A DNA stretch of 62,182 nt, the filler included, from Bipalium vagum (lineage: Eukaryota), in NCBI GenBank assembly GCA_037834085.1. It is 3 parts of 3 records of this genome, joined end to end, with 100 filler letters (N's around TTAATTAATTAA, not from the genome) between each part and the next. Parts side by side here need not be neighbours in the genome. Positions count along the whole stretch, not along the records: positions 25,171 to 43,572 come from JBBMKC010030214.1; 2 more parts are not named here. The stretch is one strand, 5' to 3'. The notes under the pieces are model-generated. The model searched no databases and was not told the origin of the DNA. It worked only from the letters and a program-made list of their open reading frames with translations. How positions within the stretch are numbered: the stretch's first letter is position 1; each line of letters starts with the position of its first letter. The position numbers and the translations under genes are program-made. Shown here piece after piece: positions 27,850 to 41,420 of the stretch.

Positions 27850-29450
27850 GGATTGTAGAAGCAGCTGGTTCGAACGGTATGAATTACGGAGAGTGGATTG
27901 TTATAGATCGAGATTTCATAGTTAGGACTTGAAAAATATCCTTATAGTGGAAGAAATTCAGAACTGCTCTCTTACTTAAACCAGTTAAAGACGATGCTTC
28001 GCACTTAGTAATTCTTAATCTAAATGCTAAAATGTTAGATTGGGTACGAAGAGGTCTCATCCATCAAAACTAGAAAGCATTGAATGTCTTCGATGGATAT
28101 GCGGAGCATAATTGGTACAGCTGTGATGAAGTTAGGAAACAGCACATCCAGAGAAGTACACGTGTGCTGAACGGATATATAGACGCTTTTGTGAGTGTTC
28201 CGCGTGAACTTGTGTGAACTTTAGAAAAATGTGGTTTGTCGAGGAATATTTACTCAGACGTCTACAGTACATATCAGTTCCACCAAATTTCCACCAATCC
28301 AATAAAAGTAATCAAGGGAATGAAAATTGGATGTCCCCTCTCTATGACCATTTTCTATTTGAGTACTGATTTTATTATCAGTAAAAATCGAAAGGCTTTC
28401 AAGTCCTTATCAAAGCTTTTGGCTCCCTGTTAGGGCACTGACGTATGCAGATGACTTGGTTTTCTTTGCAAGAACCGGCGAGAATTCGGAAGAGATTGTG
28501 ACAAAGATTACAATGATCCTGGATATGGTCCATATCCAGTTTCGCCCACCAAGATGTGGATACTACACCTCGAATATACGTAATAAGATTGATCTTCAAA
28601 TTTAAGAAGAATCGATACCCTCTATCGATGGGGACAATCATTACATGTCATTTTTGTAATGAGCATGAACCGTATTTGAAGAACTTGGATAATATAAACT
28701 ACGTTGAAAACTCATTCTCCATCCAGCTCAAAAGATCAATGCGTATAAAGTATTCATCCTCTCTAGGTTACCTTTACACCTAAAAAATAGAGTGGTAGAT
28801 ATTTTAATGTTTTCATCTCCGAATAGAGGTCAAAGTTCTGATAGAGATATGGACTTTGGCTATAATGAGAAGATACGTGCTAAGTTCTACGGGATCTTTC
28901 TCCCAATGGCTCAAAGGCACTTTGTTACTAAAGTCAGGAGTAATAATTTGGCACTCTGAGTTCGCTTCTTTAATGTATTTAAGAATAAAACCGTGGTTTG
29001 TAAGCTTTGCAGGACTGTAGAGGAAAGCCAGGCCCAGATCCTCAATCATTGTCCTTCACGTCCACAACATCTGACTATTAAACACAACTATGTTTTGGTT
29101 ATTCTAGGGGACTTCTTAAGGGGAATAGACTTAAATGTGGACGTTGACGTGACACCACTGGAGTTGGAGACTCGACTGTGACCATATTTAATCATAAGGA
29201 TTCCTGGCAAACACCAGATTCATCTGGTAGATGTCGAGATTCCTCATGATAAAGAAAGGCACTTTGCCGAAAACAAAGAAACCAATCAGGCAAAATATCA
29301 AGACCTAGCAGCTGAATTGAAAGTTTGCATCCGATCAACCGTCTCCCTATGGACATTTAATCTCGTGTATTTTGGATAGTAGGACCCTGGGAACGACATT
29401 ATTTTCAAAAACTTATGCTTGAAAGAAATGCTAATAAATCGGCTTGCAAG
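27850..29450 (+). mobile_element. Degenerate non-LTR retrotransposon with restriction-like endonuclease (R2/NeSL/R4 group); may extend 5' to about 26350
   Basis: Ordered RT motifs AAGSNG..Y, WKKFRTALLLK, FDGYAEHN, DAFVSVP, GMKIGCPLS, TYADDL. These are followed by CKLC...ESQAQILNHC (CCHC-type knuckle), KHN, a degenerate PD..D-like region and QAKY. Many stops and frameshifts. Confidence 0.85.
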
Positions 29451-32400
29451 GAGTAAAAAAATGTATAAATATTCTTCCTCTGACTGACCTTTTGTTTTGG
29501 TTTTTATAAGGTGTTTGCCTTTATATTTCTTTTTAACAAAAATGATAAGTTAAGTAAGTTGAAGAAAAAAGAATTTCGCAGTTGGAAAGTGAAGCATGGT
29601 TTGTGAACTTCCCATTCATGATTCTTATTTTTACAAGAGAATGAAGGTGAGGAATTTTCGCCACTTCTGGAACCAGGTCTCTAAATGGAGCTGGAAATTT
29701 TGGAAAGGATGTTTGACTATCAGCTTGATTGAAGATACGGAATAATTGTGAATCAATAACTTCTTATGTCTGACCAGAGGACTGAGTTCAATTCTATGGG
29801 AGTCTTTAAACCCCCTGAAAAGATGCCATGTGATTGAATCTGATCAGGATTAGTGATTAATGGACAAGTCTCCTGATATCTTCATGCTAGCTTAGACCGC
29901 CAAATGTTTGTCCATGAAACTTGTTTGAATTCCACTTGAGACGCAGAGTTACTCCTCTGCTGATGATTCCATGTGGTTGATCTCCATTGGTAGAATAGTG
30001 TCCTCTATTGCCCTCACTGATTGTATCCACATGTTAGCCTCGTCCTGATGAGCTTGTGAAGAAGGGAAAAAATATGAGTATTACAAAATAAAAAATAGAG
30101 CCATACAACCAAGTTTATGAATCCAATCAAATCGAAGAAGATAAATAATTTTATGATGTAGTCTAAATAAAAGTTTATAACTAAAAAGTAAATTAACTTA
30201 TAAATGTTAAAAATGCTAAAATCATTTTTTAATGTTACTTTAATCATTTATATTACAAAGCTTAAGAATTATAGTTGTGACATCACTTGATATTGAATAC
30301 AAATCAAAATATTCATTATTCCTCTTATAATCACAATGATACTATAATATGAGAATAATGGTAGAAATTCCAAAATTTGGAAATATTAATAAGTAAAATG
30401 TGTTATCATTGTTATTACACCCAAATATATTTATATAGGTAAAACATTAATATCCTTGATAATACTCTCTTACATACATAATCATGATTGCAAAAAAGTT
30501 ATTTTAACAACAATGATTATGTATAATATGTATAAAAACATCTAAATATTGTCATAAATTTCATATAAATATTATTTTAATTAATAAAATTTATTTACAA
30601 GCTGTTTTTGACTTTTTTAAAATAATATTGAAAATCCGCAATTTCATACTGGACAACCTAATAATAAAATATAATAATAGTCATTAAATTCTATCAAATA
30701 TTTAATTAATAATTATAGGTATGTAAATACTGATTATACATAAATTTCATATAATATATAAATTAAATATATTGTCATTATTATTAAGGTGATAATAGTA
30801 TGAATAAATAAATTATAAATATTAATATTAAAATTAAAATAATAATTATTTTTTAAATTAATATTATATTTTTAAAATAATTCATTACATAATATTAGTG
30901 TAGCCTTCAAGATACATTGATATTGATTGTCAATGTTTAACAAAGATTACTTTTCCTCTTTTAAATAATTTTGTAATTTATTGTCTTTCTAGTCTGTATA
31001 ATCAACATGTTTTGAAAATTTTATTTATTAGCCTTACTTTTTTACTTTAACTAAGTTTTCATATGAATTATTGAATTAATTATTGATGTTTAATTAGTAG
31101 TTAATTATTTTATTCAATATTTTATTTAAATATCTAAATATTAATTAAATGTATTGAAAAAAATGAATAATTTAAAATTTCTTTATTAACAAACAGAAAA
31201 ACTATACCATTTTAATTTTATATAACGTTAAAGTTCTTTTATTAAAATGCTATGATCAATATGTTATCTTTCCTATTATTCGTAACATTTTGAAATCAAA
31301 TGATAGTATAAATCATAATATATTAAGAATATTTTTACAACATTTAACAGAAACGTAAAATAAATTTGAATATTTTATTTTAAATATTAAAAGGAATTTA
31401 TTTTTGAAATATAACATTTTTCATTTTACAAAATACATAAAATTAGACATCGGTTTTTTATAATTATTGGCATATAGTATCTATAGACCTATATGCGACA
31501 GAGGTATCTATTTTTAATATTATTACAAATCAAAAGATTGATAAAATAAATCTATATTTATATAAGATATAATAACAAATTATTCTGCAAAATAATCTCA
31601 ATCATTCTCGATGCATTTTAACCATTTTCAGGTAGCTGACGAATTCGAGTCAAAAAAGATGAAAATTTTCCATTTACATGCATTTACATGAGATTTTGTA
31701 CAGCCTGATCTCTTGTAATATGCAGTGGATCCGCCTTGAAACGTTTAATTACATACTTTATTATTTTTATCATATACCTCACGAATATTTTTTTTATACT
31801 TTTGATCAAAAGTTTTTTTTTATTAAAATTTATTTTAACAATTAACCAACTTCAATATTTTTTTACTTATTGTCCTAGAAATATTAATATGAAATACCTT
31901 ATGATAAAAAAAGAACTGATTTTTGCATTTAATTTTAATTTTTTATATTTAAAGTCGACTTTCCTATGTAACAAAATAAACTTAAATAAAATGTGATTTA
32001 AAAATAATTTTTATGGTCTAATCAGATCTCTACTGTAGATTTTCAAAACATTACTTATAAGTTCTGTCCATACTTATTTTTAATGAGGATGAATTTAATT
32101 TAATGAGCGATGGGTAAATTTATAAAATAAAATATCAGAAAAAACATTCCTTCCTTCAGATTTTTAGAGGCAACAGAGGTCTTAAAAACTTTGAAGTATA
32201 ATTTAACTTACATAAATTCTCACTGAAAATTGTGATTGAACTTGTTAATATTTATCTTTTTATGAAATTCTTATCATTATAATGATCGAATTATAAAATG
32301 TCATCTATTTAAAAAACCTGATAATAATAAGGTACTTGTAGCTCTTGATATTTGCTTTAGTAGTTCAATCAACTATTAAATTACAATTTGCATTTAGAAA

Positions 32401-33099
32401 ATCTGAAAGAATAATCACTAAGACGTAACTTTAAATCACACTATTTGATGTTCTTTTTGATAATTTTTGGTTTTGATTTTAAGTTTTTAAATGCAATGTA
32501 TTTTATATACAAGTGGTGTTAAAAATTTAAAGAAACATTTTATTGTCAAATGAACTTTGGTTCACTCTCTTAAATGAAATAGCAAATGAACATATTTCAG
32601 AGTTATTATACAAGAATATGTAGACGTTTCAGATAGGTAGTAATAATAAATTTTTTAAAAAAATAATTTAAGATTTCATAATATTGAAAATTAGTTAATT
32701 ACTATTTATAATGAAAATAGCAAAATTAAAAATAATGAAATTATTATTATTTATATTATTCTTCAAAATTGATTTTTATTTTTAATAATTAATCTATAAC
32801 AATGAATATAGAATTGTAAAAATAATAATACAGGGTGCGACACTTACATCTGCAAGAAAATATTTGCAATACATCTTGAATACTAATTCTGAAACAAAGT
32901 TTATATGTTATTTATACAATAAGCGAATTAAATAAGTTCATTCCCCTAATTTTTTATTCTATATACTATTAAAAGGTAAAAGTTAATTTATACACGATGT
33001 AAAGTTATTTGTTTATCTGTATCAAAAAAATAACAATGGTATAAAATACATTAAATTATTTAAATGAGACAATTAATTTGATTTTAGATCTATTCACGA

Positions 33100-35605
33100 A
33101 TTTCTGAAAATTATCGAGTACACATTTGAATTCTAAAAGGTCACCAGAAGGTCATATATTATGAAAATTATGAAATACCGATACAATGTAATTATCACAA
33201 AAAGATGAATGCAAAGAATTTGGAAGAAGTACGTTTTAACTAGAAGTATCCAGGATAAGCCTCGCAATGGCATTAGAACAATTACTGTCACACCTCGTGA
33301 AGAGTTATTCTTCGTATTTCCCTGTCAAATAGATTTCTTTTGGCTGTAGCTGTTACCCTTATTTGTAATAATAATACAATATAAAGCTAATCTTGCAAAA
33401 TAGTACAAAAAGATTTGAAGAAATACTGTTTAAAAACTCATGTTGCTGCCAAGGAGAGTTTTTTTAACCAAAAACTAAAGATTAGCAAGGATTTCTTGGG
33501 CAATGAATAAAAAGATTGGAACATATACTGCCGGTCAATATTTTTCGCATATTAAGTATATACAACATTAACAAAATAAATAAGAATTAGAAAATTGATA
33601 CTTTCAGTAATTAATGTTAAGCTTCAATAAATTGTTATGGTGGAATAAATTTAATATTTATGTAATTTTTTGAATAATATAAGTAGTAATAAAAATTTTA
33701 AAAGTGGACAAATTTTTTCGCACAGGTAAATATTTAAGTATTTATTAAAAACAAAATAATTAATTAAATATTATTAATAGTTCATTATAATATAAATCTT
33801 ACATTTTAGTTATAAAATATGAAATCAGATTATCTGAGATTGACTGCACAACGGTTGAATATGGAAGGGAATAGTTATAGTGAAGTCGCAAAAATTTTAG
33901 GAATCACGCAATTTTCTGCAAGAAGTTTAATCAGATATAAGTTGAATGGTAATAAAAAGAAAGCTGGTCGCAAAAATAAAATTAATAAGAGAAATAATTT
34001 GTGGATAAAATGTGAAATAGCACGTTTGAATGATCAACAAGAAAATGTAAATTCCACAAAATTGATGAGAATTTTGAATGCTGACGTTTCACAAAGAACG
34101 GTACGTCGTCACCTGTCAAAATCAGGTTACAAATACAAGAAAGCGACAAATCAAATAATTCTTTGAAAGAAGCACAAGCAGCTAAGAATAGATGTAATTT
34201 CCAGTGGGATTTCTAGGAATCACCCATGGGAAAACACAATATTTACAGATGAAAAAAGATTTACATTAGATGGACCAGACAATTGGATGACATATATGCC
34301 AAAAAATTTGAAATATATCCGTCAGATAAGGCAATATCACGGTGGTTGTTTAATGCTGTGGCTAATGATTTTTCCGAATGGTCTTTCATCTTTCCATTCA
34401 ATAATTGGTAAATTTGCTTCTAATGATTTCGTACAAATGTTGCAGAAGTACATTGTACCAACTATAAGGTTGAATTTCGAAAAGAAAATTTCCTTTCAAC
34501 AAGACAATTATACGGTTCATACTTCAAGGTTAGTACAAGACTACCTAAAATATTCGAATATAGGAACTATTCCGTGGCCATCTAAAAGTCCTGATCTAAA
34601 CATAGTGGAAGATGTCTGGAAAATTATTTCAGACATGGTTTATGATGGACCGCAATTTAACAATCTGTGAGATTTACAATTACGCATCACAGATATTATC
34701 CATATAATAAAAAATGAAAAAATTCAAAACCTAATTGATTTATATGGATCACTGAGAGCTCGTCTTTGCAAAGTCTTAACTTCCAAAGGTAATTTGTATA
34801 ATGTGTAATATTTTGTTGATAAATAAAAGGTGTGCGAAAAATTTTGTCCTTTTTGAATTTTCAGTACTTTGCATTTCTTAACTTTATATATATTACAAAT
34901 ATTATTTAAAGATTACTTACTTAAAATTTACATAACTAATGTCTATTACTAAATACCGCTTATGGATAGATTTCATTTCATAAACACAGAAACAAAATTC
35001 ATATAAAATAGTAACTGCGCGAAAAATTTTGTCCGACAGTATAGGTAAATAGGAGCTATTAAACATGGATTTCAGATTCATATGTGGGGCTGGTTTTCAC
35101 AAAATGATTTCGGATTTTGAAAAGGCTTCTGAGATATGTTAATGCAGATCATTAAATATCTCATGTTTTCCATGATGTCAAAACCAAGTCTGAATGTCTT
35201 ATGTTTTCTAAAAAGAACTTTAACTTTCAACAGGATCTAGCTTCTGCTCATAGGGCAAAATCAACAATCGAAATATTTTAAAGATTTGAATTTTAATATT
35301 CTGGAAATTCATCAGATGCAAATTCTATAGAAAATTGTGGGGATGGATAAAGAAAAGATTAAAAAATAGAACCACTACTGAAAAGATGTTACACGGCTAT
35401 GGTACTCGATAAGACCTGCACAGTGCAAGTTAATTAGAAAAATACTCCGAAGAGTACATGCAATCACCATATCGATATGATATGCAAAAATTATTGATAA
35501 TTGAGTGACTGTGTATATGGTAATAAACTAATTTGTATTTGTATTTTATTTTGTTTTAAATTCATAAAAAATTAGGAGGTGAACTCTCCTTAATTCGCTT
35601 ATAGT
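33100..35605 (+). mobile_element. Old degenerate Tc1 element split by the nested insertion at 33526-35041 (boundaries approximate)
   Basis: The 5' piece has RIWKKY...QDKPRNG and a LSWA...KDW-like segment. The 3' piece has IHMWG, FNFQQDLASAHRAKST and NSIEN. The end TAGGAGGTGAAC matches the terminus of the 41421-42689 element. Confidence 0.65.
33526..35041 (+). mobile_element. Near-complete Tc1 (DD34E) element with IR/DR-type ends; transposase frame 33819-34808 broken only by two TGAs (34164, 34668)
   Basis: TIRs TACTGCCGGTCAATATTTTTCGCA and GCGAAAAATTTTGTCCGACAGTA with TA TSDs; inner repeats at about 33704 and 34831. FTDEKRF, FQQDN and SPDLNIVE with 34-aa D-E spacing; one reading frame to TAA. 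Confidence 0.9.
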
Positions 35606-36324
35606 ATAATAGATATATACATTAACTTTTAAAGTATAAATCAAATTTTTAGGTATGAATAGTGAGTTCAAATGCAGAGCTATCTTAATTGTGGCTCTCT
35701 ATAAAGGACTCGCGTGGATGAAATTTTTTAATTTTTCTGAACCTGTCAAAATAAACAAACGAAATGACATTGCGCTAGATATTTATTATCAAGATGATAC
35801 GGGAACTGCCTTAGAAAGATTCACGATCTATCTATTTAGAGAAAGCGGAATTTCAACTTTATCAAAAGGTTGGATGAGCTTGTGCAACAGGATCCATCAA
35901 AATCAGTGAGAACGTTTGCTTCAAAGGTAAATCTAACTTTTAACGAGGAAAAATAAAAAAGAAGATTCCGGTGAATATTATGAAAATTTAGTTGTATTTA
36001 ATTATATGTATAAAACATTACTTTCATACTAAGATTATTTTAATTTTTTTAAATTATAAGTTAGACAATTATAAAATGTGAATAATAAAGTTAAGAATTT
36101 TAATAAATAATTAAATTATGTAATAAAACTAAATGTAATGATTTGATATTTTAATTTATATCTATATATTATTAAATGACCTAAAAAGTTTCTGCTACGT
36201 TTGTCACTGACTGTTGTAATGTAAATTACAAGTATTATATGCTTGAAAATCAGCTTTAATGAATATACTGGTGAAATCAAATCAAGTAAAAAATTTTATT
36301 TGTTATCTTCAAATGATATCATAT

Positions 36325-37262
36325 TCATGATTTCGAAAAATTTTTCTTCATCCTTGTTGGATAAAAATTAAAATTTTCTTGCAAGCATTTTGAAAATGAA
36401 CATTCTTTCTCAAAATAACTAATAAAAAAACTAATCTTTAATTTTTGAATAAAACAAAACTATAAATATTTTTTCAATCTTGTGGATTCTAATGTTGGTA
36501 TTCCTATCAGTTTCAAAGTTTTCATAAATTAAAATTGTATTTTTTCATTTTTTGTTATTTTATGAAAAAAACATAATTATTATTTTTAATTAATTATTTA
36601 TTAGGAAATTATGATCATTTTTAAATTTTCTGTTCACGGAATGAATACTTTATAAATATTAAGTATTTTATAAAATGTAAGATTATCTTTCTAGTAAATC
36701 TTAAGATATATTATTTTTTAAATAACTAACTTAAACGTTTTGCACCAAATGGCTTCTGCTTTGACAAATTGACTTGACATCAAATATATATTTTGGTGGA
36801 AATCTGAAATTTATTCGTAAGTAATATAGCTTTTGAACATGGAAAAACTTTTTAAGCTCAATATAACACTATTGAAATGTACAGACATTTTACTTATACT
36901 AGCATTACCATTTTCAGATTGAAAATCATGTAGTCTATTTAGACTTATATCCAATGAAATTGATGATCCTGATTTCCCAAAAGAGCTACAGTTGTTATTT
37001 GTTTGATCAAAGTTATTTATTCCAGCTTGCTTTAATTTTGGTAATAATAAAGGTTTCAAATTTACATTGTTGGATTTCTTATTAAACATAAGCATATTAT
37101 TAAACCTGCTAAATGTACTGCTTTGAAGATGGTTCTTGAAGTTCACTTTTCTTTTATTGGAAATATCACCTTTCATGGGATGCAATGATAAACCCAATTG
37201 TTAGAAATATATATACCTTGACTACTGAAATAATTTTTCCGTTTATTCAACTTTGGATTCAT
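36325..37262 (-). CDS. Orphan multi-exon Asn/Ser/Lys-rich protein (3' exon tentative)
   Basis: Exons 37262-37217, 37169-36849 and 36803-36731 are joined by phase-consistent 47- and 45-nt GT-AG introns (the local size class). Tentative last exon 36418-36325. No recognisable domain. Confidence 0.55.
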
Positions 37263-38199
37263 TTCTTTTTAAAAATATTTCATTTAATATTTTTCTTTAT
37301 AATGAGTAATACTTACTATTCATTAATTGATATAATAGCTTAAATTATATGAAGACAATAGACTCGTAAATACCGTAAATTGAAATTCATCTCAGCCAAT
37401 CTTAAAAATTAATGATATCAATTTGTATAAACAAATTTATACTGAAATAAATCTGAGCTTTAAATTATTAAAGTATTTTTATTTGATATTCTACTTTAAT
37501 CTTATGAAATATATATTATATATGATAATTTTAATGTTCTTAAATTTTTAATTATATTTCATTTTAGTTTCATTTTTATGTTTGATGAAAATAATTATTA
37601 CAACTATGAGTCTTCTAATTCTATGGTTTTCTTTATTTTCAAAATTTTTATACGTTAGAAAAAATATTAAATTGTTTTAATTTTTATATTTCCTTACTGT
37701 AACAGAAAATTAATTTGTAATGAGTTCCAAACATTATATTAATCAAGTAAAATGCTACGACATTATATATTTCAATATGTTTAGAAAAAATTGAAAATTG
37801 AAGTTGAAAATTAAAAACGGAAAACATTAAAATCTTGGTATTTAATATTGTGAACCTTTTTTAGGAAAAAAGATTAAAATGATTAGATTCTATTAGATTA
37901 TAAAATAATTAAATAAATCTCAATAAAGAAGTAAAGGAACATTTGAAAATGAATTTTAATAAAATTATGGGTTAAAGTCTAATTTAAATTACTTGTTAAA
38001 AATTATGTTAATAAAATATCACTATTACTAAATAAGATAAAACCAAACTAAATTATTTATTAATAACAATCATGGTTTTCATAATCAGTGTCATAGACTC
38101 TCAACTTCTAAATGAAAACTCGTCTAAATAATTACTATTTCTTTGAAAATTTCTTCTTGGAGTTTGCTTAAGAGCATCCGAAAATTTCCTAAGAGATTT

Positions 38200-38600
38200 A
38201 AATGAACTCAGTTTTCTGATCAACAAAGTTTTAAGAATGGTTAACAGAACCATGTTTAAAATTTTCATTTTTAAATATGGACATATTTGAAGGCCATTGA
38301 TCTGAATGCACTTCAGTTTCTTTTTTAATTGTTTCTAAAAACATTTTTCAATTCTATTCTTCTGCGAGTATCTATATTGCGAAGAATAAAATGTTTAGAA
38401 ACAATGTCAATGGGGCCAAATAGCCATTTGTTTTGCAAAAATTTATTTTCTATGCGTAAAAGCTGTTTCATCAATTTGAAGGACTACTCCAGGTCCAGCT
38501 AATTTTTCCTGAACAATATTCATGCAAATTCCACAAGCCTTTCTAAATTTTTGAAACTATTTTATTACCGTTGATTTAGATATTCTGAGATCTTCCACTA
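38200..38600 (-). mobile_element. Merlin (IS1016/IS1595-like) transposase remnant
   Basis: LAGPGVVLQIDETAFTHRK, WLFGPID, EVHSDQW and HGSVNHS*NFVDQKT, diagnostic ISXO2-type motifs in order. Confidence 0.85.
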
Positions 38601-38869
38601 CTGGTTTTATCAATTTATCTTAAGAAAATTCCAGCATTAATTCTAAAAATGAATCTAGTGTGATTTTGGCGTCATATAAAATAATACACGCCTAAAGAAA
38701 GATTAAAAGATTATAATTGTTTATTAAATTATGCCTTATGCTTTTTACTGTCTTGCAAAGATTGTATCTCCAGGTATAGCCTTTCTTCTGCTGATTCACT
38801 TTGTTGGGATCCATAGAAAAAGAGGTCCCAGCAACAATCAGCAACAATTCTAAACCCACAAAGGAGCCA

Positions 38870-39500
38870 AAAAATGCGCAAAACATGTTACATGAAAAAA
38901 AAAACTTGCTTTGAGAACTTAACACTTTACATGATTTGACCATATATTTGGCAGCATCGGTGATTATTATAGTAAACTGATGGAGGTTAATACAAAATAT
39001 TTTTAGTGTTAAATCTAAATTAGTCAGAATAAGTTCATTGTCAACTGAAAGATTGACCACATGTATTACATTTAACACAAATATTTTACTAGAATTTTTT
39101 ATAGTGCCAAACAATATATTTACATATTTCTTTCCTTTAATTTCAATTTCGTCAATTATCAGAAAAATCTTTTCTTCCTTAAAATAATTTATTAATTTGG
39201 ATATATTTTCCTCTTTTAATCGTTGTAATATGTATGTCCTTGCCTTTGATTCAGAAATGGAAGGTTTACCAAAATAGCTGAACATCTTAATTATTTCAGG
39301 ATTTTTAAATTTATATAAGGGGATATTAGCAGATATCAGTGATTTGACAACAACTTGAACATATCGATCATAATTTCCTGTTATAAATGTTTGTTCAAAT
39401 TTTTTTGAACTTACAGAATTGAAATTTTTTCAATAAATTTATGTTTCTTACTTTTCCGATGAACATCTACTTAATATATTTTCCGTGATTCACGAAACAG
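38870..39500 (-). mobile_element. hAT-related (CGGBP1-like) transposase fragment
   Basis: SANIPLYKFKNP, IFLIIDE...KYVNIL and ITDAAKYMVK; the frame breaks near 38890. Confidence 0.65.
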
Positions 39501-40539
39501 TAAAAAATTTTGCAATATAGTTTGTTTTGTGACTCATAACAATATTTTAGTTATTACGTTATTATACAATCGACAATCCCCGTTATATTTTCACGTTGTA
39601 CGAACCTGTCCTTTATAATGGGTTTGACTGTATACAAATTCCTCTTTTTAGTAATATTTTTACAAGTCTTTCTCTAAAAGTATGATATGGATTTTTTGAT
39701 TTTCATAATTTATTTGATCACCTGCTTGAAATAATCTTTCCTGTAAACCTTTTGCATGTCTAAGTTAATTAATTGAATAAATAATATCTGACAGCATTTT
39801 ACAAATGTTTTCCTGAAAATTAAAATCGGATGATTTGGAAAGGCAACTCAGTTATTTTGTTTTATGGCGACTACTTTAGTATCATCTCTGTCTGGGACTA
39901 CTTATACTTTTAATGTCTTTAATCCAATTCGAAAGCATTTTAACATTGGCATTGATTTTTATTTAAAATTATACATTTTAAAAATAACAACTGATCAAAA
40001 ATTTAATTTTATAAAAACATATGGTTTTAAAATTTTAACTTGGTGGCACATATCAGTCACCACAATATTTTAAATGATCTATTTCTCATGATCATACTAG
40101 TGAATAACATTCACAAATTTTAGAAATTAAAAATGTTAATACACTTTCGAAAATATACTGAAAATGGATCAAGATTTATAAGCTTAATAATAGTCTGTTA
40201 TTACTGGTTTTTTATACTGAGTTTGACTAAAAATTAGTCTATTGTATTTCAGTGATTTCAATTTTTAAAAATAAAGATGTCTTATTTTCGATTAATATTT
40301 TAAAATAAATTAATCAATAATTTAGTAAATACACATTTTCTAATTAAAATAACAATTTAAATTAGGCTTTACCCTGTACTGAAATGAGAATCCTTAAAAT
40401 AGATTCTACATAAAACAACAATCAAGCGGAAAATTAATTTTCCTAAATAATTAAAATTACTTTTCGTACACTCTTCAAGAACTACATGTTTAATTTCTTT
40501 ATTTATATCATTTTTAAACCATAGAAAACAAAACTGTCA

Positions 40540-41124
40540 TCAAATCGTAAAATCACATATTTTTTTCATCGATCTTTGCCTATGTTGAGTGTTTATGCAA
40601 AAATGATGATTGTTTGCATTGATTTCAAAACCACTTACGTCTGGACTATTTTGACTGTAAATTGGCATTATGGTGCAAGTACAAAAACGTTTTTTTCTGG
40701 GAGGACTTGCAGAATCGGAATCATCATCACTTGACAAAGAGTGTGAATAAGACAAATTAATGGATTCATCAACTTTTCGCTTCATACAATTTTTCATATT
40801 TATGCGTGAAACCTTAACATCCACTAATTTAGAATTCAAATTATTGCTTCGAGGTGATTCTGAGTCCAAATGTGAACTATTTAGACTTTCATCACTATTT
40901 GAAGATTCATCAAATTGAGATTTCGATTGGAATTTACCAGTTTTATTAATAACTCGGAAAAAAGAATTATCCAAAAATATTTCCTCTTTTTTAACAATCT
41001 TTATAGATGTTTGGCCGTTTTTACCAGTTGAAAAATATAACATAGAATGTTTTGAACTGTCTTCATTAGATAATGGCATAAAATTTGAAAAACTGGTGGA
41101 GCTTTTAACTGGAAAGCTGTACAT
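40540..41124 (-). CDS. Orphan single-exon 194-aa Ser-rich protein with NLS-like motifs
   Basis: ATG-started 585-nt ORF in very AT-rich DNA; acidic Ser patch SSDDDSDS next to PPRKKR; tandem TGA TGA stop; no transposase motifs. Confidence 0.5.
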   Translation of the reverse strand: MYSFPVKSSTSFSNFMPLSNEDSSKHSMLYFSTGKNGQTSIKIVKKEEIFLDNSFFRVINKTGKFQSKSQFDESSNSDESLNSSHLDSESPRSNNLNSKLVDVKVSRINMKNCMKRKVDESINLSYSHSLSSDDDSDSASPPRKKRFCTCTIMPIYSQNSPDVSGFEINANNHHFCINTQHRQRSMKKICDFTI

Positions 41125-41420
41125 ATGTTACTGTTTAATTAGTAATAAATATTTAAGTCACTTATTAAGTTACAAATAAACAATTTGTTTTAAAAATTAA
41201 TACATGTAAAACAAACATTTAATACGAATTATAAGTATTTGATATTTTAAGAATATTTCACTTTAAAATTTTCTCTGAACATAATTTTAAATAGCAATGT
41301 AACTTAAAGTCTAAATGCATTTCGATTTAGTTAGATATATTTAAAATTAACTGAAAACTATTTTTTGAAGATATATTTCATTATATTATTATATGATATG
41401 ATTTTCTTATAAATTAACTA

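Noticed and set aside
30040-30070. CTGATGAG...GAAA resembling a hammerhead ribozyme core
   Set aside because: The stem II closing pair is mismatched and stems I and III could not be formed.
31600-31900. Possible minus-strand mini-exons and a 10-bp tandem duplication CATTTACATG
   Set aside because: All frames stop quickly with or without the duplication; no homology recognised.
35655-35909. 84-aa ORF after a TTTTAG acceptor, considered as an upstream PDE exon
   Set aside because: No PDE or GAF motifs and no supporting neighbouring exons.
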